NCBI GenBank assembly: GCA_001897305.1
Contig: MKSO01000001.1
Coordinates: forward strand, 840,001 to 872,000
Direction: 5' to 3'
Source: Candidatus Saccharimonadota bacterium
Lineage (GTDB): Bacteria > Patescibacteriota > Saccharimonadia > Saccharimonadales > Saccharimonadaceae
DNA: 32,000 bases
In this document: piece by piece, positions 7,890 through 15,922 of the stretch
How positions within the stretch are numbered: the stretch's first letter is position 1
Layout: each line of letters begins with the position of its first letter
Program-made: the position numbers and the translations under genes
Notes under the pieces: model-generated
The model's input: only the letters and a program-made list of their open reading frames with translations
Database searches by the model: none
What the model was told of the DNA's origin: nothing

Positions 7890-7962
7890 CTGGCACCTGT
7901 TTGTTTGCCCTTAGTATAGGAACAAACCGCTTATGGCGCAATAGTCTTTTTGATGTAAAAAA

Positions 7963-8169
7963 CTATTTTTTCTTTGAAACGGTCAAGAAACCGTTGCGTG
8001 GGTTTTCTTTAACAATACGATCTGCAGGTAGGTCTACTGGGGTACCCTTGTCGTTCTTTTCTACCTTGGCGAAGAAGTAGATAGTTTGTGGCTTGCCACC
8101 ACGGAGAGTAACCTCGGTGCTGTGCAAGTAGTAAGTAACGCCTTTTGAGTTTGTGTGACTGTAAGCCAT
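7963..8169 (-). CDS. Small conserved-looking hypothetical protein (68 aa)
   Basis: MAYSHTNSKGVTYYLHSTEVTLRGGKPQTIYFFAKV... starts at ATG 8169 with an AGGAGG 13 nt upstream. The longer track ORF (to 8241) lacks an RBS. Confidence 0.6.
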   Translation of the reverse strand: MAYSHTNSKGVTYYLHSTEVTLRGGKPQTIYFFAKVEKNDKGTPVDLPADRIVKENPRNGFLTVSKKK

Positions 8170-8240
8170 GATTGAGTATATACCTCCTATTAGTGCTATA
8201 CGAGGGTAATCGTACAGCCTGACTAGGGGTGCTGTCAACA

Positions 8241-8891
8241 TTAAATTCGCTTATAGCGACGTCGCAGCAGCAACTGAAGCACCCCAATGCTTATCAGGCG
8301 CACCACAATAAGCAGCAAAATAACCGCGCAAGCTACCACTGACCAACCGGCAAAATCAGGGCTCCAGATTGGTGAGGAGAAGTTGTGGATATATGCTTCT
8401 TGGCGAGGCTTGCTAGTGTCACTGGCCGGGTTAGCCGCAGCGGGGTATTTGGCCAATTCATTAGTGGTACACTGCAGGTACGCGTACGAATAATACTTAA
8501 ATTGTGGCGCACAAACCTGTTGGGCCTTTTCGTAGATATTACCGTTAGGGTTGGCGTCGCCATACGAGTTCGATTGCCAATCTTGAAGGTCACGATTATA
8601 GCTTTGTTCTAGGTAGACACCACGGCCTAAATCGGTGTTCATGTGGCTTGTAACATACCGTTGTAGATCGTACAACCTATTGATAATAGCCTGTTCGTCA
8701 CCTTGGCTATCGGCATTAATAACAGCCTCCCTGCGCTGTACCATACCAATGTTATTTAAACGCAAAAAAGTTGCCGCTACGAAACCGACAATTAGCAACA
8801 AAACAACAAGCTGCCAAGTTCTGACCTTTTGCAACCCTTTAATACTATTTTGGATCCGACTTTTATCAGCCACGTCTCGTAGGAACCCCAC
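8241..8891 (-). CDS. Hypothetical membrane protein with N- and C-terminal TM anchors and an extracytoplasmic middle
   Basis: 216 aa with TM helices near residues 27-47 and 183-205. The start is GTG 8891 and is uncertain. Confidence 0.55.
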   Translation of the reverse strand: MGFLRDVADKSRIQNSIKGLQKVRTWQLVVLLLIVGFVAATFLRLNNIGMVQRREAVINADSQGDEQAIINRLYDLQRYVTSHMNTDLGRGVYLEQSYNRDLQDWQSNSYGDANPNGNIYEKAQQVCAPQFKYYSYAYLQCTTNELAKYPAAANPASDTSKPRQEAYIHNFSSPIWSPDFAGWSVVACAVILLLIVVRLISIGVLQLLLRRRYKRI

Positions 8892-8926
8892 ACCTTATAA
8901 CTGCTGTCTATTGTAGCATGAGCACC

Positions 8927-10147
8927 TTACGATTTATAGAGAGGAAAACGAGCCGTTAGTACAAGCAAAACCACGGCTGCGGTTACAAAGAAAAAGCTCC
9001 GTAAAGAGAATTCATCGCCAATCGTCAAAGCTACCGTGGCAAGAAATAATGCTCCCACCCCCGCTCCAAAGTTTGCAATAGCCTCTAAAACGCCGAGATA
9101 GGTTGTACGAGCACCGGATAAGTCGGCATTATCAAATACCGCCCGTGTATATGGCAATGTATAGCCTGTAGTAGCAAGCTCATTCGCAGCATTCAAGCCA
9201 GCAACGGTCACTGGGGACACCACGAAAGGCCGCACTGCATGAGTAACCGCATTTGCTATTACTCCAGCCCTCATCAATTCCTTGCCGCGACGACGATCTA
9301 TAATTTTGCCATATGTATACGAAGCGAGAATTGCTACCAAAAAGACTACCGATAGCAATGCACCGCTCGTGGCATAGACGCTATTACCATTCGTAGCGAT
9401 ATTAAGAATAATCACCGCTGTATAGAGTGACCAAACGGTTCCAGAAGCAAATACATCAAAGCCATAGGCAAATTGCGCAACAGCATGGCCGCGCAATAAT
9501 TTCCACGGGAATCCTCTAAATGTAAGCTTTTGATTAACCCTCACTTGTTCACCCGTTCTAAATAAAGGCGCCGCCGCTAAAGTAAAAATACCCGCTGCTA
9601 TAAGCATGACAACCTCAGGGCCCCAAAAGAACGCCATAATACCCCCTAGTAAAGGGCTAAGACCGGTTGTTATTTTCTCAAATATATTCATGTACGCGAT
9701 TTCTTTACCAGCATGCTCGGCACTTTTTACCTTAGAGAAGTCGATACTGTACGCGATTGAATACATAGCCGCTGAAGTTCCTTGCAATACCAAAGTAAGA
9801 AGCAACGCCCAAGGCCCTAGGGTACCCAAAAAAGCAAAAGTCATCATTGCCGGGATGTAGAGCAAATTGGAAATAAGGATCGCGTGCTTTGGGCCTACCC
9901 ACGCTACTAAACGGGCCAGAGGTAATGCAACAACCGCTTTGAACAGAAAGAAAACCGCCCAAAAGAACCCAATGAATGCGATACTATACCCTAGCTGAAA
10001 GAGGTAAATGGAAATAAATGAATTAGCAATATAAAGAGCCGCCATTCGTAGCATACGCGAAACATACAGCTCAGAGACTTCGCTGAAGGTTGCGTGCCGC
10101 CAGAAATGGCGCCGCAGCAAAATGGCGTGTAAAGCTTTTTGAATCAT
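8927..10147 (-). CDS. MFS transporter (12 TM)
   Basis: 406 aa polytopic protein with two 6-TM halves and a basic central loop (RVNQKLTFRGFPWKLLRGH). Confidence 0.8.
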   Translation of the reverse strand: MIQKALHAILLRRHFWRHATFSEVSELYVSRMLRMAALYIANSFISIYLFQLGYSIAFIGFFWAVFFLFKAVVALPLARLVAWVGPKHAILISNLLYIPAMMTFAFLGTLGPWALLLTLVLQGTSAAMYSIAYSIDFSKVKSAEHAGKEIAYMNIFEKITTGLSPLLGGIMAFFWGPEVVMLIAAGIFTLAAAPLFRTGEQVRVNQKLTFRGFPWKLLRGHAVAQFAYGFDVFASGTVWSLYTAVIILNIATNGNSVYATSGALLSVVFLVAILASYTYGKIIDRRRGKELMRAGVIANAVTHAVRPFVVSPVTVAGLNAANELATTGYTLPYTRAVFDNADLSGARTTYLGVLEAIANFGAGVGALFLATVALTIGDEFSLRSFFFVTAAVVLLVLTARFPLYKS

Positions 10148-10238
10148 ACTGTTTCTTTGAGGAGGTGCCCACTATTACTTTGTTTTAATTACATCATACT
10201 CAGTAACCACAAGCAAGTCATCCAAAGCATATCGCAAA

Positions 10239-10247
10239 TGATATACT
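10239..10247 (+). promoter_or_regulatory. Extended -10 element (TGaTATACT) driving a leaderless Mur-ligase mRNA
   Basis: TG at 10239-10240 and TATACT at 10242-10247, then exactly 6 nt (gaacac) before ATG 10254. There is no SD. Confidence 0.5.
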
Positions 10248-10253
10248 GAACAC

Positions 10254-11507
10254 ATGAATATTTATTTCTCTGGTATGGGCGGGGTTGGTATTGGACCGTT
10301 AGCCGAAATTGCTTACGATGCTGGCCATACCGTTACGGGTTCGGACCTTGCCGAAGGCTTGGTTACCAAAGAACTACAAGCACGTGGCATACCAGTAACC
10401 ATAGGTCAGGATGGCACCTATGTACGACAAGTACACGCCAGTACACCAATCGACTGGTTCGTTCACACCTCGGCCCTCCCCCCTGGTCATCCAGAACTCA
10501 CTGCCGCTAAGGAGCTGGGCATACGCACTGCTAAACGCGATGCCTTTTTAGCCGAATTCCTTCAAGTGCATAATTTGAAACTAATTGCCATTTCTGGTAC
10601 TCACGGCAAAACAACCACCACGGGAATGGCGGTCTGGGCGCTCAAACAACTCGGCATACCGGTGAGTTATTCAATCGGAACAACAGTGTCGTTCGGACCA
10701 AGTGGTGCCTATGACCCAGCGAGCGAATTCTTCATCTACGAATGTGATGAGTACGATAAAAACCTACTCAACTTCAACCCTTTCTTATCGCTCCTTACTT
10801 CTATCGATTATGACCATCCAGATACATACCCAACCGAACAAGAATATAAGGCCACTTTTCGTCAGTACATCGGCCAATCTGAACATACTATTGCCTGGCA
10901 AAAAGATCTTACATACATAGAACAGCCAGCAAGCAACGCCATATGGGCCCTCGCAGACACCGAGACGGCAAACATAAAACTAGCCGGAGAGCACAATCGC
11001 CGCAACGGTACCCTGGTTGTTAAAGCGCTCGAATATTTACATATTAGTTCGGTAGCTGAAACCGTAGATCTACTTGCCAATTTCCCAGGTACAGATCGAC
11101 GCTTCGAAAAGTTAGCCGATAACCTTTATACCGACTATGGCCACCACCCGGAAGAGATTGCCGCAACCTTGCAGCTTGCTCGCGAACTATCAGAGCATGT
11201 CGTACTGGTATATCAACCACACCAGAACTGGCGACAACACTTTGTGCGCGACCAGTATACTAATCAGTTTGAATTGGCCGAGGCTATTTATTGGCTTCCT
11301 ACCTACTTAACGCGGGAAAACCCCGACCAGCCCGTACTGAGCCCCCAGGAACTTACCCAAAGCATCACCAACCAAGAAAGCCTTCACTATGCCGAACTAG
11401 ATGACGATTTGTGGTCACTTATTCAAACACACCGAGAAGCTAACCATCTAGTGCTCTGTATGGGTGCAGGCAGTATTGACCCTTGGGTTCGGCAACACCT
11501 TGCCTAA
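10254..11507 (+). CDS. Mur ligase family protein (MurC/Mpl-like)
   Basis: 417 aa. N-terminal Rossmann-like GMGGVGIGPLAEIA..GHTVTGSD, P-loop ISGTHGKTTTTGMAVWAL, ECDEYD and DYDHPDTY motifs. It is not in a dcw cluster. Confidence 0.8.
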   Translation: MNIYFSGMGGVGIGPLAEIAYDAGHTVTGSDLAEGLVTKELQARGIPVTIGQDGTYVRQVHASTPIDWFVHTSALPPGHPELTAAKELGIRTAKRDAFLAEFLQVHNLKLIAISGTHGKTTTTGMAVWALKQLGIPVSYSIGTTVSFGPSGAYDPASEFFIYECDEYDKNLLNFNPFLSLLTSIDYDHPDTYPTEQEYKATFRQYIGQSEHTIAWQKDLTYIEQPASNAIWALADTETANIKLAGEHNRRNGTLVVKALEYLHISSVAETVDLLANFPGTDRRFEKLADNLYTDYGHHPEEIAATLQLARELSEHVVLVYQPHQNWRQHFVRDQYTNQFELAEAIYWLPTYLTRENPDQPVLSPQELTQSITNQESLHYAELDDDLWSLIQTHREANHLVLCMGAGSIDPWVRQHLA

Positions 11508-12181
11508 TTGCTCCATTCCACCACAAACTCCTCAAAGAAAAAGTCGTCTTTGAAAAAAGTTCGAGCCATAATTTCTTCTACAGCTGGAGCGAGCGTAACG
11601 TCACCAAGCCTGTGAGGCCGCGCCCACACTAAGTCATCACCCAATGTAATGTCATCTCTGTAAAAACGAAAGACGTGCGCCAAAGTACTCGAAAGTAACT
11701 CGTCGCTTGCTATGACTCGTATATAACAATCGCCAGCATGCTCGACGGCCTGGTTTTGTAAGCCTAATTTTTCGAAAGCCTCACGCTGGGCGGCACTTTT
11801 CACAGAAGTATCTTCAATGTGCAGCTTGCCGTATGGCAGGGTCCAAGTCTCTATATAAGGCTGCTTAGTCCGACGCTGCAATAATATGTCGCCGTCGCTA
11901 TTTTGTACAACAAGCATGGTAATGATTTTGGGCTGAGACCGAATGACCTTCTTTTCAGTACTGACCCGGTCTACGTAGGCAAGCCCGTCGGCACTAAGCG
12001 TATAGCCACCGTCGATCTTATTGACCATACCCATTTTTACAAGATTATTTAAGTGATAGGTAAATAGGTTCGTATCAGTACGAGGCGGGCGGAGGTCACG
12101 AAACCGAGCAGCTTTTTGGTACATTAAAACGTCAAGAATATGCTTTTGTATGTGATGATTAACAGATATAAACTCAACCAT
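11504..12181 (-). CDS. Winged-helix DNA-binding domain fused to a NUDIX-fold domain
   Basis: The N-terminal 70 aa look wHTH-like (FRDLRP...TNLFTYHLNNLVKMGMVNK). The Nudix box is GKLHIEDTSVKSAAQREAFEKLGL, with the second Glu of the REUXEE pair replaced by Lys. Confidence 0.7.
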   Translation of the reverse strand: MVEFISVNHHIQKHILDVLMYQKAARFRDLRPPRTDTNLFTYHLNNLVKMGMVNKIDGGYTLSADGLAYVDRVSTEKKVIRSQPKIITMLVVQNSDGDILLQRRTKQPYIETWTLPYGKLHIEDTSVKSAAQREAFEKLGLQNQAVEHAGDCYIRVIASDELLSSTLAHVFRFYRDDITLGDDLVWARPHRLGDVTLAPAVEEIMARTFFKDDFFFEEFVVEWSN

Positions 12182-12268
12182 ATTTGACTCAAATTAAACT
12201 TTCTAGATACTTGCATAATAGCACCATATACTAGCCTTGTCATCAGTCAACAACAAGGAGAAACTAGT

Positions 12269-13540
12269 ATGACTTTAGTCGAAAAAGAATTGGCAAAGAA
12301 AAATTTTGAGCAAACACAGGACGACCCTGAACTTGTAGAAAACCACGAAATCGAGAAGACTCTCGTTCCTATTAACCCAGCCGACTTTGAAGCCTATCGA
12401 AGCGGGGCAACCCCTATTGAACAGGTGAGCCTGGATGAATACGGCGAAGATTTTCAACTACGCGTGCGTTGCGAATATACTCCTGATGGTCCCGTCTATA
12501 CAGCGGCCATTAAGGATAAGGGTGTTATACGTGAAATTGAAGGACAGACAGTACTTGACCGGCTTGAACTAGAAGTTCCCATCAGTGAGTCAGCGTACAC
12601 TTTCTACTCCTCTCAACCCCACTTCCCGAAGCTCCGTCAACTACGTGCACAAATTGCACCCGGACTAACCGTTGATTTTGTCGGAGGTGAAGACCCACAA
12701 ATTGAACTTGAAACAAGTAATAACATCGAGCGTGCCGCATTGATGTCATTAGTGGAAGGCAAGGTCATCGATAGGACCGGAGATCACACCTTAAATAAAA
12801 ACTATATCGCCCACAAACATGCCAATTTTGAACGTCGTTATAATGGCGAACCACTTGAGGTATTTGCCAAAAAAACAGCCCACGAAATGATCGCCCAATA
12901 CGTTACTGGTAAAAACCAGGTGGTAGTTGGCCTTAGCGGTATGTCAGGCTCCGGCAAGACAACTGCGTCACAAGCTATGAGCGACTACATTGGTAAACTA
13001 TTCGGAGAAAAATTCCGCCCTATCGTCATATCCACTGATGATTACCACTTTGGCAAAACCTACCTTGAAAAAGAATATGGAGCTCCTTACAGTGACTGGG
13101 ATCACCACAGGACATACAATATAGCCGAGATGGCAGCAGATCTTGCGCGACTTGCTGAAGGTATTCCTCTCATTAAGCGGCACTTCGACTTCTCTAGTCA
13201 GGAGCCAGTCTTTGATGAAGAAGTGCCTCCATCCCCATTTGTCATTGTTGAAGGCTTATTCGCCGGCAGTCCAGACCTTGCCGATGTCCGCACTCTCCAC
13301 CGTATCCTCCCTACTGGCCCGGCAACTTGCGTGGGCAGGGATCTTGTTCGAATGGGCATTGAAAAAAGTCGAGCCGAGGGACCTTTCCCGACTCGAAAGA
13401 AGAGGTTTGCTTACCTTATGGAGCAAGTGATTCCTGCCTTTTTAAGCCAAGAGTACCCAGAAAAGGAGCGTTTTAGCGAAAGCATACGGCCAATGGCCGA
13501 ACGAGCCTTTATGCTTGAACTATTACGTAGCCAGCAGTAA
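12269..13540 (+). CDS. CYTH (triphosphate tunnel metalloenzyme) domain fused to a uridine kinase/PRK-family P-loop kinase domain
   Basis: N-terminal half has an EIEK (ExExK) motif, LRVRCEY, LELEV and VDFVGGEDPQIELE strands. C-terminal half has GLSGMSGSGKTT, ISTDDYH and VIVEG. An AAGGAG SD is present. Confidence 0.75.
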   Translation: MTLVEKELAKKNFEQTQDDPELVENHEIEKTLVPINPADFEAYRSGATPIEQVSLDEYGEDFQLRVRCEYTPDGPVYTAAIKDKGVIREIEGQTVLDRLELEVPISESAYTFYSSQPHFPKLRQLRAQIAPGLTVDFVGGEDPQIELETSNNIERAALMSLVEGKVIDRTGDHTLNKNYIAHKHANFERRYNGEPLEVFAKKTAHEMIAQYVTGKNQVVVGLSGMSGSGKTTASQAMSDYIGKLFGEKFRPIVISTDDYHFGKTYLEKEYGAPYSDWDHHRTYNIAEMAADLARLAEGIPLIKRHFDFSSQEPVFDEEVPPSPFVIVEGLFAGSPDLADVRTLHRILPTGPATCVGRDLVRMGIEKSRAEGPFPTRKKRFAYLMEQVIPAFLSQEYPEKERFSESIRPMAERAFMLELLRSQQ

Positions 13541-13548
13541 GTAGGCGA

Positions 13549-13896
13549 CTATTCGCTCGCAGGAGTCCCGAACTCTAATACATCCGGGTTAAGAGGGTCG
13601 CCACTAAAAGCGTCGACACTCTTAGCCTTTTGTATTTGTTCGTCGTATTGCTTCAAGAAAGACTGAATAGTCTGCTTATTGACCGAACCTGTCGAGCTAT
13701 AGCCATTAATGCTGTCTGTCTTTTCTGCTTGGCTGCTGACAGAAAGATAGCCCGGTCGACTTAGGTCAAGCTGCGCAGCGCCGCTCATATTGTAAATAGC
13801 CACACTTACGCATGTAAGAACAGTGGCGATACCTACCGTAATAACAAGTAGTAGCGATAGGCGGTGTCGATCCCAAAATGAAATCTTTTCTTCCAT
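13549..13896 (-). CDS. Hypothetical single-pass membrane protein (115 aa)
   Basis: One TM helix (LSLLLVITVGIATVLTCVSVAIY). TAATG overlap with the upstream gene. Confidence 0.6.
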   Translation of the reverse strand: MEEKISFWDRHRLSLLLVITVGIATVLTCVSVAIYNMSGAAQLDLSRPGYLSVSSQAEKTDSINGYSSTGSVNKQTIQSFLKQYDEQIQKAKSVDAFSGDPLNPDVLEFGTPASE

Positions 13897-14429
13897 TACT
13901 GAGAAACCCTTTCATAATTGAGGAGGAAATCACTGACAGATGAGTGGTAATCGTCAAGGAGCTGATGCAAACGCAAAACGTCCGCATGTACTTTCGCGCG
14001 TAGTTCTCGGGCTTCAACAAGCGATGCATGAAAACTATTAGGCTTGGCGGTGCAATCGATGCGCAGGGTTGCTGATAGTTTCTGCTCATAGGCAATGTAG
14101 TCGTTACGGAAGGCATCAAGGCTAGTACGATAGTCGGAGGTAACAGCCGTCATAGCGCGGTTATCCAGTTGATTACTTGCCAAGCGACTATTGAAAGGGT
14201 CCATGAGCTTGCCCGCTACCGCTTCGTAGGTTTGGCCACGGTTTACCCGTAACAAAGCATCGCTGGCATGGAGCTGGCTTACGCTGTTCTTGATTGATAC
14301 GCAGTTAGCCTTAATTTGAGCAGATTGATCCGGCGTAAGGTCTTCCGCCCCAACTTTGACATCTGTAAATGCGAATAAAAATCCGGTCATCAGGACACTT
14401 AACGAAATAATAGACAGTGCGCGGCGCAT
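13896..14429 (-). CDS. Hypothetical secreted helical protein (177 aa)
   Basis: N-terminal signal peptide (MRRALSIISLSVLMTGFLFAFT). There are two Cys in the mature part. It starts 19 nt downstream of the MutY-like gene. Confidence 0.6.
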   Translation of the reverse strand: MRRALSIISLSVLMTGFLFAFTDVKVGAEDLTPDQSAQIKANCVSIKNSVSQLHASDALLRVNRGQTYEAVAGKLMDPFNSRLASNQLDNRAMTAVTSDYRTSLDAFRNDYIAYEQKLSATLRIDCTAKPNSFHASLVEARELRAKVHADVLRLHQLLDDYHSSVSDFLLNYERVSQ

Positions 14430-14448
14430 ATACCCTTATTATACCGTC

Positions 14449-15249
14449 TTAGCGCGCTAAATGTAATCGGTTACTTGTCTGAGCAACAAGACCATCTTTT
14501 TGTAGGCCCGCTAAAGCACGGTCAAACCGCTCGTCTGCCAAAACGTCAGCCCGTAGTTCACTAAGGGTACGTTCGCCACCACTTAAACTACGGAGAATCT
14601 GCCCACGCACCTCACGAATACTTCCTTTCAAGGGAGCTTGACGCTTGTAATGGCTACTTTTATCGTTACGGCCGACACCTTGTTTTTTCAAATACGTCCC
14701 GTAATCCATCAACCCCCAATACCACTCGCGCGGGTGTTCTTGGTCGACCGTAGCAGCAACAACCTCGCGTAATTGCTTATCACTTACCAGTGTATCGTCG
14801 GCAAAAAAATGATGGAAATAAACCGTTCGAATGTTCGTTTCTATAAAAACAACCGGCTCGTTAAAACTGTAGGCCAAGAGCGCACCGGCGGTGTTTTCTC
14901 CGACACCCGGTAACTTAATCAGTCCATCGCGCGTCGTAGGAAATACGCCACCAAACTCATCTTGGATCATCCGAGCAGCCTGGTGTAAAAACTTAGCCCG
15001 CCTGTTGTACCCGAGCCCACTCCACAGTAGTAACACATCCGCCAAGTCGGCCTCAGCCAGAGCTTTAATTGTGGGGAAGGCCTCAATAAATGCTTCGAAT
15101 TTTGGAGTTACCCTATCGACCTGCGTTTGCTGCAACATGATTTCGCTCACTAATACATAATAGGGTTGTGTGTCGCGTCGCCATGGCATGTCGCGGAAAA
15201 GCTCTTTCGCCTGCTGCCATACTCGTTCTTGAAATTCGGCCGTTTCCAT
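14449..15249 (-). CDS. MutY/Nth-family HhH-GPD DNA glycosylase, cysteine-free (no Fe-S cluster loop)
   Basis: MPWRRDTQPYYVLVSEIMLQQTQV, WSGLGYNRRAKFLH and the HhH LIKLPGVGENTAGALLAY are present. The protein contains no Cys at all. The C-terminal 55 aa look winged-helix-like rather than MutT-like. Confidence 0.75.
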   Translation of the reverse strand: METAEFQERVWQQAKELFRDMPWRRDTQPYYVLVSEIMLQQTQVDRVTPKFEAFIEAFPTIKALAEADLADVLLLWSGLGYNRRAKFLHQAARMIQDEFGGVFPTTRDGLIKLPGVGENTAGALLAYSFNEPVVFIETNIRTVYFHHFFADDTLVSDKQLREVVAATVDQEHPREWYWGLMDYGTYLKKQGVGRNDKSSHYKRQAPLKGSIREVRGQILRSLSGGERTLSELRADVLADERFDRALAGLQKDGLVAQTSNRLHLAR

Positions 15250-15277
15250 TCACACCTTAGTATAACGGAGCTATACT
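15249..15277 (+). promoter_or_regulatory. Promoter of the leaderless MBL-hydrolase/AlkA operon
   Basis: TTCACA (15249-15254), a 17 nt spacer, TATACT (15272-15277), then 6 nt before ATG 15284. Confidence 0.55.
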
Positions 15278-15283
15278 AGATAT

Positions 15284-15922
15284 ATGAAACTTACAAAGTA
15301 TCAACATGCCTGCCTCGTGCTGGAAAAAGAGTCTTCAACTATTATTATTGACCCAGGCTCTTTCTCGCACGACTTTATTATGCCAAAACGTGTCGATGCG
15401 ATTATTATTACCCACAACCACCCGGACCATTTTGACCCGCAATTAGTTCGACACATCCTTGACCACCACTCCAAGGCGACACTTATTGCCCACGAAGAAA
15501 TAAGTGGGCAATTTACCGATCATAGCGTTATAGCACCACAAGTTGGCCAAGTGTATACTATCAGTGCCTTTTCGCTACGATTCTTTGGTGGACAGCATGC
15601 CCAAATTGCTGAAACAATTCCTGTTCCGGTAAACTTCGGCGTCCTTGTTGACGAATCGTTGTATTACCCCGGCGATTCATTTGTTGTACCAGAAAACGTT
15701 TCCGTAAAGGCGCTCGCCCTTCCTGTTAGTGCGCCGTGGCTCAAATTAAGCGAGGTACTCGCTTTCCTGTCTCAGGTTAAACCCGAGATAGCCTTCCCTA
15801 CCCACGATGGCATTTTAAGTAATGACGGCAAAACCATTGTCGATCGAATGGTAGGGGCAACCGCAACCGGTCAAAATACTCATTACATACGGCTCGACGG
15901 CAGTTCGGTTGTTATATCATGA
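15284..15922 (+). CDS. MBL-fold metallo-hydrolase
   Basis: 212 aa with an ITHNHPDHF (HxHxDH) motif. Confidence 0.85.
   Translation: MKLTKYQHACLVLEKESSTIIIDPGSFSHDFIMPKRVDAIIITHNHPDHFDPQLVRHILDHHSKATLIAHEEISGQFTDHSVIAPQVGQVYTISAFSLRFFGGQHAQIAETIPVPVNFGVLVDESLYYPGDSFVVPENVSVKALALPVSAPWLKLSEVLAFLSQVKPEIAFPTHDGILSNDGKTIVDRMVGATATGQNTHYIRLDGSSVVIS

Noticed and set aside
7651-7941. Minus-strand ORFs of 96 aa and 63 aa overlapping nrdH.
   Set aside because: These are antisense frames that stay open because of high GC. The nrdH frame has clear motifs and an SD.
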